From positions 1 to 16,763 of the forward strand of contig JBIKVS010000016.1 in assembly GCA_044356725.1 (NCBI GenBank): 16,763 nt of DNA, in the 5' to 3' direction. Every line of letters starts with the position of its first letter. Position 1 is the first letter of the stretch. The notes beneath the pieces are model-generated. The model made no database searches. It saw nothing but the letters and a program-made list of their open reading frames with translations, and had not been told where the DNA came from. Position numbers and translations under genes: made by a program. Positions 1 through 8,276 of the stretch are shown here, piece by piece. Source of the DNA: Minisyncoccia bacterium. GTDB lineage: Bacteria; Patescibacteriota; Minisyncoccia; SW-4-49-11.

Positions 1-42
1 TGGCAAAAAGGTTTAGTTGAATATACCAATAGGCTTATTCGT

Positions 43-423
43 CTATTCTTCCCTAGAAACATAAATCCACAATCTATTTCTCATTCTGATGTCGCTCAAG
101 TTCAATTCCTTATTAACTCTCGTCCTAGAGCTAATCTTAACTTTAAAGCTCCTATTAACTTCCTTCATCTTATCTCTAAATCTCCTAAACTTTCCTCTAA
201 ACCTTCCAAACTCTAAAGTGGTGCGTTTGTTCCTTGACTTTTCCCCTATCTCACTATACCTAGATAATCTCCAATTATGTGATTGCCAATTTTTCAACTT
301 CTCATAACCAAGAGTACGAGCTATTTGGATAGCTTGTTGTCTTGTGACAACATTGAGCAGAAGATTTGGATTAGCTGAGAATCCATGAGTGCATTGATGT
401 GCGTGAAGATTCAAAAGAGTCAT
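43..423 (-). CDS. Hypothetical basic protein (126 aa from ATG at 423); possibly a degenerate or chimeric remnant
   Basis: The ORF-track start (TTG at 477) lies inside a -35 box, so ATG at 423 just downstream of the promoter is more plausible. The C-terminal half is very K/R-rich and encoded by low-complexity purine-rich DNA. Confidence 0.4.
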   Translation of the reverse strand: MTLLNLHAHQCTHGFSANPNLLLNVVTRQQAIQIARTLGYEKLKNWQSHNWRLSRYSEIGEKSRNKRTTLEFGRFRGKFRRFRDKMKEVNRSFKVKISSRTRVNKELNLSDIRMRNRLWIYVSREE

Positions 424-448
424 TGGTCTTAAGTTGAAAGCCAACAAA

Positions 449-477
449 ACTATAGCATATTTCTTACATTTTGTCAA
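449..477 (-). promoter_or_regulatory. Sigma70 promoter TTGACA-17-TATAGT with extended -10 (TGn)
   Basis: Minus strand reads TTGACA (477-472) AAATGTAAGAAATATGC TATAGT (454-449). Confidence 0.75.
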
Positions 478-510
478 TAGTAGTCAACATCACTTTTTGA
501 GGGGAAAATG

Positions 511-537
511 AAAAAAGCCGGACACTGGGTGTCCGGC
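511..537 (-). terminator. Rho-independent terminator
   Basis: Minus strand GCCGGACAC-CCA-GTGTCCGGC followed by TTTTTT, a perfect 9-bp stem downstream of the 44-aa ORF. Confidence 0.85.
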
Positions 538-629
538 CGGTTGAGGGGGGGATCAAGGAAGTCACCACCCTTGCCTAATGATCAGGCCTGAGCCGCCTGC
601 AGGTTTTGATTGAAGGAGGGCATCTTTGC

Positions 630-764
630 CTATACGCACGCACGTGCTTCTTTCCCCCCAATGGCATTATATGTGTCTTGGCACAGAAAGTACTCCGCCC
701 TTGCCGCGGGAGCAACGAGCCCGAGGGCTGCGGAGAGAAGAATGACGGCTGAACGAAGGTTCAT
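630..764 (-). CDS. Small secreted peptide precursor (44 aa), or truncated secreted protein
   Basis: MNLRSAVILLSAALGLVAPAARA is a Sec-type signal peptide ending A-R-A, followed by EYFLCQDTYNAIGGKEARACV (2 Cys). Has its own promoter (805-833) and terminator (511-537). Confidence 0.55.
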   Translation of the reverse strand: MNLRSAVILLSAALGLVAPAARAEYFLCQDTYNAIGGKEARACV

Positions 765-804
765 GTTAAGGGTGAGGGATACTATCCCTCTGAGGGTCGA
801 CAAA

Positions 805-833
805 ACTATAGCATATTTTCCTATTTTCATCAA
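805..833 (-). promoter_or_regulatory. Sigma70 promoter TTGATG-17-TATAGT with extended -10
   Basis: Minus strand TTGATG AAAATAGGAAAATATGC TATAGT; 19 nt (800-818) are identical to 444-462. Confidence 0.65.
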
Positions 834-880
834 GAGATTATCTGACTTGAATAAATAAACAGAGCCTTAAATAAGTTACT

Positions 881-925
881 GTCCTCCTCCGTCACCTACG
901 GTGCCACCTCCCCCAAGGGAGGACA
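881..925 (+). repeat. REP-like palindromic element, copy 1
   Basis: GTCCTCCTCCGTC-ACCTACGGTG-CCACCTCCCCCAAGGGAGGACA; the ends pair with each other. 13-nt and 22-nt blocks match 2171-2233 exactly in inverted orientation. Confidence 0.8.
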
Positions 926-934
926 AAGGACAAT

Positions 935-977
935 CCACCTCGTCAGGCAAAGCCTGCCACCCCTCAAGAGGGGAATT
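935..977 (+). repeat. Second REP-like double-hairpin element
   Basis: CAGGC-AAA-GCCTG and CCCCTC-AA-GAGGGG hairpins, with the same CGTC...CCACC architecture as the neighbouring REP. Confidence 0.65.
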
Positions 978-987
978 TAAAGAACAC

Positions 988-2031
988 TCACTTCTTAAGT
1001 GGGTGAAAATTCTCATGAGTGTCTTTGGCATAATTATCTGAAGCATGCACATATTTTGTAGTAGTCTCGAGGGATTCGTGGCCGAGTAATACTTTGATAG
1101 CGGCAGGATTGGCCCCTGATTCAGCTAAATAGGTTGCAAAACCATGCCTAAGAGTATGGGCGGAGATAGGGTAGGGTATATTGAGTAATAATCTATAGGA
1201 TTTTATTTTAGATTGAAGATAATTCTCGGATATATGGGAGTTGAGTAGGGAAGAGGGGAGAGTCTGATCTTTGATTTGCTCATCTAGGGTATCAAAAGTT
1301 TTTTTGGTGATGAATACATATTTGAATTGATGTATATACTCCCCTGTTTGATATTGAGAGGGGAGAGCCTCTTTGATTATTTCTTGTCTAGCTTCAAGAT
1401 ATTGATCCAGTATAGCTTTAGCTCTGGGGGTAAGATACACAAATCTTTGCTTATTCCCCTTTCCTTTTATCAAAATTTTAGAATCATCTTGATGAATTTG
1501 ATCAATGGTTAAATGTGTAACTTCAGAAATTCGCATTCCTGAGGCAAAAATTAATTCTAATATAGTTTGATTCCTGAGCCCAATAAATGGATTTTTCTCA
1601 AGATGTCTTGGAGCTTCTATGAATTGAATTAGAGTTTCTAGCTCTGGTAAATGTAATTTGTACTTCCCTAGCTTCATTAATTTGATTTGCTGAGGTAATA
1701 ATGGACAAGGATAATCATTATCTATAAGGTATACAAAATATGACCTAATACTGGTTAGCATTCGGTTGATAGTTTTAGGCTCTAGAGGTTTGGCTGATTG
1801 GTTATTTATTTTTAGTTTTAGTAATTGTCTATCTTCCGCCATTAGATCTGCTTGATAGATGGTGATAGTTTTTTTAGTTATATTGATAAATTCAAAACTA
1901 TTATCATTTAAGAATTTTTCAAAAACTAATAAATCTCTCTCATAATTACGGATTGTAGTCTTTGAGTAGTTACTAGTAGTCAAAAAAAGTAAAAAGTCTT
2001 CTAATAGGGGCAGTTTTTGGCTTATTGGCAT
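988..2031 (-). CDS. Tyrosine recombinase, XerC/XerD family
   Basis: N-terminal SAM-like region (YSKTTIRNYERDL) and a full catalytic set: SGMRISE (R), KGKGNKQR (K), HTLRH (HxxR), LLGH, TTKY (Y). Confidence 0.95.
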   Translation of the reverse strand: MPISQKLPLLEDFLLFLTTSNYSKTTIRNYERDLLVFEKFLNDNSFEFINITKKTITIYQADLMAEDRQLLKLKINNQSAKPLEPKTINRMLTSIRSYFVYLIDNDYPCPLLPQQIKLMKLGKYKLHLPELETLIQFIEAPRHLEKNPFIGLRNQTILELIFASGMRISEVTHLTIDQIHQDDSKILIKGKGNKQRFVYLTPRAKAILDQYLEARQEIIKEALPSQYQTGEYIHQFKYVFITKKTFDTLDEQIKDQTLPSSLLNSHISENYLQSKIKSYRLLLNIPYPISAHTLRHGFATYLAESGANPAAIKVLLGHESLETTTKYVHASDNYAKDTHENFHPLKK

Positions 2032-2101
2032 ATATATGCGATTTAGTTTGAGTTATTTTATTTATAAGTGGTGAAGGTTGAATAATTAGTGTAAATTTAT
2101 G

Positions 2102-2165
2102 CTTCGACAGGCTCAGCATACTTTTGTCCACACCCTATGGGAACCCTCGTCAGCGAGGGACAAAG
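2102..2165. repeat. GC-rich palindromic cluster in the xer leader
   Basis: CTTCGACAGGCTCAG REP-like motif, then TTTGTCC...GGACAAA with an overlapping CCCTCG-TCAG-CGAGGG hairpin. Confidence 0.45.
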
Positions 2166-2170
2166 ATAGC

Positions 2171-2233
2171 TGTCCTCCCTTGGGGGAGGTGGTCACTCCC
2201 ATACTTCTAGTTTGGGAGTGGACGGAGGAGGAC
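2171..2233 (-). repeat. REP-like palindromic element, copy 2 (inverted relative to 881-925)
   Basis: Reverse complement reads GTCCTCCTCCGTC-[CACTCCCA..TGGGAGTG hairpin]-A-CCACCTCCCCCAAGGGAGGACA. Confidence 0.8.
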
Positions 2234-2344
2234 TTATAGTTTAGATATAATTAAATCCACCTTACAAAGGGAGACATAACTCCATAAATCTTTGGACTGC
2301 CTTTGTTAAGGTTTATAAAAGGGGAGTGTAAATGTACTAAATTT

Positions 2345-2373
2345 ATTATATATCAAATTTTTTATATCTGCAA
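2345..2373 (-). promoter_or_regulatory. Sigma70 promoter for xer, TTGCAG-17-TATAAT
   Basis: Minus strand TTGCAG (2373-2368) ATATAAAAAATTTGATA TATAAT (2350-2345), pointing toward xer. Confidence 0.6.
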
Positions 2374-2400
2374 CAGAGTATAATAATGATTATACTCTGT
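2373..2400. other. Candidate dif site (Xer recombination site), symmetric 11-6-11
   Basis: ACAGAGTATAA-TAATGA-TTATACTCTGT: perfect inverted arms with the ATAA-N6-TTAT core of known dif sites, about 340 bp upstream of the xer start. Confidence 0.7.
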
Positions 2401-2490
2401 TTGATTAATGTAGTCAAGAGAGGGTATTCTTATAAGATAACCTGTTCTCTACTCTTTGTTAAAATTACAAATAAAAATCAAATTTCCTTT

Positions 2491-2820
2491 CTACCCTCTA
2501 ATGGTTGGATCACCTTCTGGGTGTTTTTTGTCAATTTTAGCTAGACTAGCTTCCATTAACTCATCAAAACTTATATTTAATTCATCTAAAGTTAGGTTCA
2601 TATACCATAATAAATCTCCTAATTCTTCTTTGATTTTAGTTTTATCTAATGAGGCTAAAGATTTTTTAGATTTTTTAATTATATCTAGTACTTTAGCCGA
2701 CTCTGTTACCAATCCCATACTTGCGTAATCTAATCTTGCAGAGACATCTCCAGTATGGAAGTCCCTATAGTCAGCGTAGTCTGTTCTTAAAGCTTTATCT
2801 TTATATTCATTAATGTCCAT
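2491..2820 (-). CDS. MazG-like nucleotide pyrophosphohydrolase
   Basis: GLVTE..KVLD..KK and KEELGDLLWY motif of all-alpha NTP-PPases; 109 aa. Confidence 0.85.
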   Translation of the reverse strand: MDINEYKDKALRTDYADYRDFHTGDVSARLDYASMGLVTESAKVLDIIKKSKKSLASLDKTKIKEELGDLLWYMNLTLDELNISFDELMEASLAKIDKKHPEGDPTIRG

Positions 2821-2824
2821 ATAT

Positions 2825-3322
2825 TTAATCTTTATTTCTGACAGCTAAGCTATTATAGGTAGCTAATAAAAATATTATCAAGAATAATACTCCACATATA
2901 AATGGCATAGTTATAAATCCAAAGTAGTTTACAGGAGCATCGGCACAGTTAATTCCATTAGGATCACATAATAAGGACTTAGCAATCCAGCCTCTTTGTA
3001 AACTATAATGATAAATATCTAGAATTAGTCCTAATACAGTTAAAGGTATAATATAATCTGTAAATTTATTATCATTCTTGAATATTCCCACAGATGCAAT
3101 AGGGAAAATAGGGAACATCAAAACTCTAGCATACCAACACAAATTACAAGCAGGTATGCCTAATTCAGGGTTAAACCACTCCCCTCCTCCACTTAAATGT
3201 AGGAAAAAATCTCCATAATATAAATAATAGCTAGCTAATAAAATTGCTAGAAGTGATAGTAAAAATATTGCATATTGAGAAAAAATTACTAACTTTTTAT
3301 TATATTTAACATTCATTTTCAT
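2825..3322 (-). CDS. dsbB: Disulfide bond formation protein, DsbB/BdbC family
   Basis: PACNLCWYAR (CxxC..R), four hydrophobic helices and a second Cys pair (LCDPNGINC). Confidence 0.9.
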   Translation of the reverse strand: MKMNVKYNKKLVIFSQYAIFLLSLLAILLASYYLYYGDFFLHLSGGGEWFNPELGIPACNLCWYARVLMFPIFPIASVGIFKNDNKFTDYIIPLTVLGLILDIYHYSLQRGWIAKSLLCDPNGINCADAPVNYFGFITMPFICGVLFLIIFLLATYNSLAVRNKD

Positions 3323-3365
3323 AGATTTCAGATTATTAATTTATATTTATATTATACCATACTTT

Positions 3366-4520
3366 TTAAGCAAGCCAGATTTGGAATAAAAACATTGTAT
3401 AAAATGTAGCCATTAATAAGACACTTGTAAAAGTGTAAAATTGTTCGAATAATTTACTTTTATTACACCATACTGCTAATACTATATAAATAGGGAAAAA
3501 ACCTAATACGTATCTCGGCATACTAACCAAAGATCCAGAAATAATTGGTATCATTAGAAATCCCCAACTCCAAATTAAATATGGTGGACTAAATGTTTTC
3601 CTGATAGTTATCCAAATTAATATTCCTACCGCAAATAAAGTCATCCATAAATCCGTTCCTCCTATTATAAATATTCCTTCATTAGAAATTTTAGAAATAG
3701 TAGAAATAAATTCATCCCAAATAATAATCATTGGATTATGGTATCCTCCCCTACCATGTACTTCTGCCCAATATTTTTGTGCATTTAGAAAATGTAGCCA
3801 ATCTCCAGTCTGTATATAATTAAAGTAAGCATAAGATAATAATCCTAATAGAGGGGTAAAAATTGCTAAAATCCCAAATCTAATTTTTTTCAAATTCCAA
3901 CCTTTAGAGACTAGATATTCCCAAAATATCACTGGAGCTACTAGAATACCCAATAGCCTAGTCAATGGTGCAAAAAACCCAAAAAAACCAGCAAGCCACC
4001 AATTTCTATCTTTAGCAAAATACCAAGTAGCTAGAGTAGTGAATAAAAATAAACTTTCTGTATAAACTGCCATCAGAAAGTAAGCAGTTGGGAAGATTAA
4101 CATCAACCAAGCCGTCTTATAGGCTATATCTTTTCCCCATTCTTTTTCTACTAATTTTACTAGAAATATTAAAGCTCCAAATAGTGCTAGTCTAGATACA
4201 ATAACTCCAGCCAAAGGATATGAAATATCTAAAATATTTACAAAGATCTTTATTAATATTGGCAATAATGGAAAAAATGCATATAAGGGTAAGATATTAT
4301 ATCCTTCTCTAGCTATAACTACATAATTATTTCCATCCCAATTGGTCCAAACTGAAAGTTGTTCTCCAATGCCATAGTAGCTATGTATAGAGCCATTGAC
4401 TGGGATACGACCAACCATAATCGCTCCAACTAAAATTAATATTGTCATCCAAACAATCCAGATAGTAAGGACATATTTTACATTCCAGTTTTTTAGGAAT
4501 GAGATAAACTTATATTTCAT
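3366..4520 (-). CDS. GT-C integral membrane glycosyltransferase (PIG-V-like mannosyltransferase family)
   Basis: WDGNNY..IAREGY, YAFFPLLP, YTESLF and SMPRY motifs; many TM segments. Confidence 0.85.
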   Translation of the reverse strand: MKYKFISFLKNWNVKYVLTIWIVWMTILILVGAIMVGRIPVNGSIHSYYGIGEQLSVWTNWDGNNYVVIAREGYNILPLYAFFPLLPILIKIFVNILDISYPLAGVIVSRLALFGALIFLVKLVEKEWGKDIAYKTAWLMLIFPTAYFLMAVYTESLFLFTTLATWYFAKDRNWWLAGFFGFFAPLTRLLGILVAPVIFWEYLVSKGWNLKKIRFGILAIFTPLLGLLSYAYFNYIQTGDWLHFLNAQKYWAEVHGRGGYHNPMIIIWDEFISTISKISNEGIFIIGGTDLWMTLFAVGILIWITIRKTFSPPYLIWSWGFLMIPIISGSLVSMPRYVLGFFPIYIVLAVWCNKSKLFEQFYTFTSVLLMATFYTMFLFQIWLA

Positions 4521-4531
4521 TAATATAAACC

Positions 4532-5770
4532 CTAAAGCTTTTTATAAATTATCAAATCTGGCACTCTAGTTGCAATAGCAAACATTAGCCAAATTGCTCC
4601 AAACAATAATGAATCATTAAATATTCCAGTAACAATAATTGAGATGGGGATTAAATACATTAATGTTATAATTTGTGGATTTTGTTTATAAAATAAAATA
4701 CTCTGTTTAAACATAAGATATAATGCTGCCAAAAATAAAGCTATACCAATAATTCCGGATCCTACTAATATACCTAAAAATAAATTATGTTCATTAGTGG
4801 GTCCCATACCAATAAACGGACTTTGTTGATATCTTATCAAACTTATCAAATAACTTTCGTATCTAATGTCAACATTAACATCTCGAACCACCTCATCATC
4901 AATTAGTATCTCATGGGTAAATGTAGAGGTGAATCTATCTCGTAAATTAAAGTCTGTAAGACCGGTTTGGGATAATACTACTGCTATTGTAGAAAATAGA
5001 GTTATTGAAATTATAAATGAAATTAATTTTTTAGAGAATGACTTAGATATGATATTTTGCAATATAAATATAATATTTAGTGTAATCATTGTAAGCCAAG
5101 CGGCTCTCCCCATTGCTAATATAGAAGTAAAAGTAACTCCTATAAACATCCCCGCTAATAATATCTTTTCTTTTTTATTATGAGAAAAATAATATAATGG
5201 TATCAATATTGCATATATAAAACTAATAAACATTGAAAACCAATTTGGTTCAGGGAAAAAACTGTCCACTCTTCCAGGAAAATACATAAAGTTACTCCAT
5301 CCATTTTGAAAGGCTATCGCCTCATATATAGCAAAAAGTATAATTATTGTAGTTGAGTAAAATAATGTCTTCAAAACATTCAGCAGTTGTAATCTTGAGT
5401 TTATCCCATAATATATTATTCCAAAAAGAATAATATACCCTACAAAGGCTCCACCCCTAATAAGAGTTAGTTGAATTGATTCTCCAAAAATCAATCCGCC
5501 TATAATATATAGTACAGCTATACTTAAAAATAAAAATAAATAAATATTATTATACCAAAAATTAAAGTTAAAGATATTTTTTTGTAAAAATCTCAACTTC
5601 TCTGGAATTTTACTGTAATAAGCTACACCAGCTAATATAATTGTTATTAATAATGCTATTTGATGTATTCTAATATTAAACCCACTTATAGCTATTTGTA
5701 ATGTCTCGAATGGAATTACAAATATTAATAAATACCAACTAAATCTAAATAATTTTTCTCTTGTTATCAT
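4532..5770 (-). CDS. O-antigen ligase / O-oligosaccharyltransferase family protein (Wzy_C-like)
   Basis: Polytopic membrane protein with RVDSFFPEPN, GRAAW and R...PFIGMG...HNLFL motifs. Confidence 0.8.
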   Translation of the reverse strand: MITREKLFRFSWYLLIFVIPFETLQIAISGFNIRIHQIALLITIILAGVAYYSKIPEKLRFLQKNIFNFNFWYNNIYLFLFLSIAVLYIIGGLIFGESIQLTLIRGGAFVGYIILFGIIYYGINSRLQLLNVLKTLFYSTTIIILFAIYEAIAFQNGWSNFMYFPGRVDSFFPEPNWFSMFISFIYAILIPLYYFSHNKKEKILLAGMFIGVTFTSILAMGRAAWLTMITLNIIFILQNIISKSFSKKLISFIISITLFSTIAVVLSQTGLTDFNLRDRFTSTFTHEILIDDEVVRDVNVDIRYESYLISLIRYQQSPFIGMGPTNEHNLFLGILVGSGIIGIALFLAALYLMFKQSILFYKQNPQIITLMYLIPISIIVTGIFNDSLLFGAIWLMFAIATRVPDLIIYKKL

Positions 5771-5842
5771 ACTTTATTAGATTATTATTAAAACTTATAC
5801 TAATATTATATATTATATATTTTATTTTAACAAACTTTATAA

Positions 5843-6994
5843 TTAAATTATTGACTTAATAATATTATAGGTCTGTTCAATTTCATACTTAGTAGTGTAT
5901 TGAGAAAGTGAAATTCTAATACTATTTTTAGCTTTCTCGGGCTGAGTAGGGCTAATGGCTTTAATCACTGCTGATTCTTGCATAGCCCCACTATGACAAG
6001 CCGAGCCAGCTGAGATAGCGAGTCCAGCCAAATCAGCTGCAATCACTAATTTTTCAGCTAATTGATTATGAATAGAAATATTTATATTCTGAGGTAGTCT
6101 ATTGTCTCTATCCCCATTTAGACTTACTCCCTTTATAGACAATAGTTTGTCCAATAAAACATCTCTTAAGTCCTTGACATTTTTAACTATATTTTTATGC
6201 TCTGAGATAGATAATAATTTTATAGCTTCTCCTAAGCCAGCAATTCCAGGAGTATTAAGAGTTCCCGACCTCATACCATATTCCTGTCCCCCACCATACA
6301 CAATAGATTGAATTGGTGTATTCTTATTTATATACAAAGCTCCTATACCTTTTGGAGCATACATTTTATGTCCAGAGATACTATATAAATCTAAATTAGA
6401 ATACTTTAAATTTATTTCTTCCGACCAAACTGCTTGAGCTCCATCAGAATGAAATAATGGATAAATTGAATCTGGATTGTATTTTTTTAACATTCTGCCT
6501 ATATCTCTGATTGGCTGAATCGTACCAATTTCATTATTGGCATGGATTATACTAACTAGGATTGTATCTGGAGTTAATAAATTCTGGATATCCTCAACTG
6601 TGACAATTCCACTTTCAGTGATAGGTGTAGTTTTATGTATAATCCTATTGGGATATTGATTGATTAAGTCTTGAATTGGAGCTATAACTGCACTATGTTC
6701 AATTGGGGTAGTAATGATTTCAACTTTATCTCTTGCCTTTAAAGCTTCTAAAATCACCCCCTGAATTGCTATATTATTGCTCTCAGTAGCACCACTTGTG
6801 AAAATAATTTCTGAGAACTCTACACCAAAATGATTAGTTATAATTCTTCTAGCTGTATCTACAATATGCATAGATTTTTGTCCCATTCTATGCTGACTAT
6901 GAGGATTTGCAAACTTATCCTGCATAACCTTAGTTACTACTTGTAAGACTTCAGGATGAATTTGTGTACTGGCCTGATTATCTAGATATATCAT
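5843..6994 (-). CDS. iscS: Cysteine desulfurase, IscS/NifS family
   Basis: IYLDNQAST, FTSGATESNN, PLP lysine in SGHKMYAPKG, catalytic Cys in SAGSACHSG. Start overlaps the upstream stop (ATGA at 6994-6991). Confidence 0.93.
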   Translation of the reverse strand: MIYLDNQASTQIHPEVLQVVTKVMQDKFANPHSQHRMGQKSMHIVDTARRIITNHFGVEFSEIIFTSGATESNNIAIQGVILEALKARDKVEIITTPIEHSAVIAPIQDLINQYPNRIIHKTTPITESGIVTVEDIQNLLTPDTILVSIIHANNEIGTIQPIRDIGRMLKKYNPDSIYPLFHSDGAQAVWSEEINLKYSNLDLYSISGHKMYAPKGIGALYINKNTPIQSIVYGGGQEYGMRSGTLNTPGIAGLGEAIKLLSISEHKNIVKNVKDLRDVLLDKLLSIKGVSLNGDRDNRLPQNINISIHNQLAEKLVIAADLAGLAISAGSACHSGAMQESAVIKAISPTQPEKAKNSIRISLSQYTTKYEIEQTYNIIKSII

Positions 6995-8268
6995 AAACTG
7001 GATAAAATTTGTTCTAATTTCACACTATCACTAGCTGAAACATTACCAATTAAAGCTAAATTTAGATGCTCAGGTAAGGCAAATTTTTGCATAAAGTCTA
7101 GAACTTGCTGTTTAGTAACTGCCTTGTATTGTTCCATTTCATAGTCAAGATCAAAAGGTTGTTGTAATAATAACTCATTCATTCCTATTATAGCAGCAAT
7201 TTCATCACTAGATTCAAATCCCATAACAGTTTGTCCTTGAATATGTTCTTTAGCAATATTTAATTCTCTATCACTTACAGTATAAGATTTCATTTCCTTC
7301 AACTCTTTTAATATAAGTTTAAGTGTATCTACTACCTTAGTATTCTGTACTCCTGTATTAATATTGAATACTCCTGTATCATCAAAATGATGACTATCAG
7401 CTCTAATATAATAAGACAATCCTCTTTTTTCTCTAATTTCAGTGAATAACCTAGAGCTCATATATCCCCCCAAGATTGTACTAGCAATAGTGGCTATATA
7501 TCTATCTTGTGAATGAATATCTGGAATATGAAAGCCAAGCATAAGATGAGTTTGATCTGTTTTCTTATTTCTAATATTAACTTTAGGCGAATTTTGCGTG
7601 ATTGTAAAATTTACTTTAGCAGGAGACTCAGCTTGCCTAGCATTATTAAAGGAGGCTTCCACTTTATCTAACATATTATTATCTATCTCTCCTGCTACAA
7701 TAATATAAGTGTTAGAAGCGACATATTTGTTCGAAAAATAATCCATAAAGTTTTCTCTATTAAATGAATTGATTGACTCTTTAGTCCCAATAATTGGTCT
7801 TCCTAATGGAGTATCAGAGCCATATAACAAAGTCTGGAAATCACTATGTATTTGTCTAGTTGGCATATCCAAATACATATTAAGTTCCTCAATGATAGCT
7901 CCTCGCTCAACCTGTATATCACTAGCCTGTAAGAGAGAGTTTTGAAAAATATCCGCAATTACATCAAGGGCTATATATTTTTTTTGATTTCTAACCTTGA
8001 CCCAATAGCCAGTATATTCATAGCTGGTAAAAGCATTATATGAAGCTCCTAGACCGTCTAATTCTTGAGCAATCACCTTAGCATTTGGTCGTTTTTTAGT
8101 CCCTTTGAACATCATATGTTCCAAAAAATGCGACAAACCTTGTTCATTATCTGACTCATATCTTGACCCCACCCCTACTAATGTCAAAACTGTAGTAGTT
8201 TTAGAATCTTTAAGTGGGATTCCAATTATTGTAAGTCCATTATCTAATTTACGAGTTTTATATACCAT
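6991..8268 (-). CDS. M16 family zinc peptidase (pitrilysin/insulinase-like)
   Basis: GSRYE...GLSHFLEHMMFKGT (HxxEH), NAFTS and SSRLFTEIREKRGLSY. Confidence 0.95.
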   Translation of the reverse strand: MVYKTRKLDNGLTIIGIPLKDSKTTTVLTLVGVGSRYESDNEQGLSHFLEHMMFKGTKKRPNAKVIAQELDGLGASYNAFTSYEYTGYWVKVRNQKKYIALDVIADIFQNSLLQASDIQVERGAIIEELNMYLDMPTRQIHSDFQTLLYGSDTPLGRPIIGTKESINSFNRENFMDYFSNKYVASNTYIIVAGEIDNNMLDKVEASFNNARQAESPAKVNFTITQNSPKVNIRNKKTDQTHLMLGFHIPDIHSQDRYIATIASTILGGYMSSRLFTEIREKRGLSYYIRADSHHFDDTGVFNINTGVQNTKVVDTLKLILKELKEMKSYTVSDRELNIAKEHIQGQTVMGFESSDEIAAIIGMNELLLQQPFDLDYEMEQYKAVTKQQVLDFMQKFALPEHLNLALIGNVSASDSVKLEQILSSL

Positions 8269-8276
8269 ATTCTAAT

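Noticed and set aside
424-833. Apparent shared N-terminal motif KYAIVL in ORFs 43..477 and 630..833
   Set aside because: It is the translation of the duplicated promoter DNA; both track starts fall in -35 boxes, so the true starts are downstream (423 and 764).
89-858. Plus-strand ORFs 89..307 and 610..858
   Set aside because: Antisense to minus-strand units that have clear promoters; no recognisable motifs; the Leu-richness of the first reflects low-complexity DNA.
988-2031. Integron integrase with a cassette array
   Set aside because: I could not recognise the IntI-specific insertion motif or attC sites; the protein and adjacent dif-like site fit a chromosomal Xer better.
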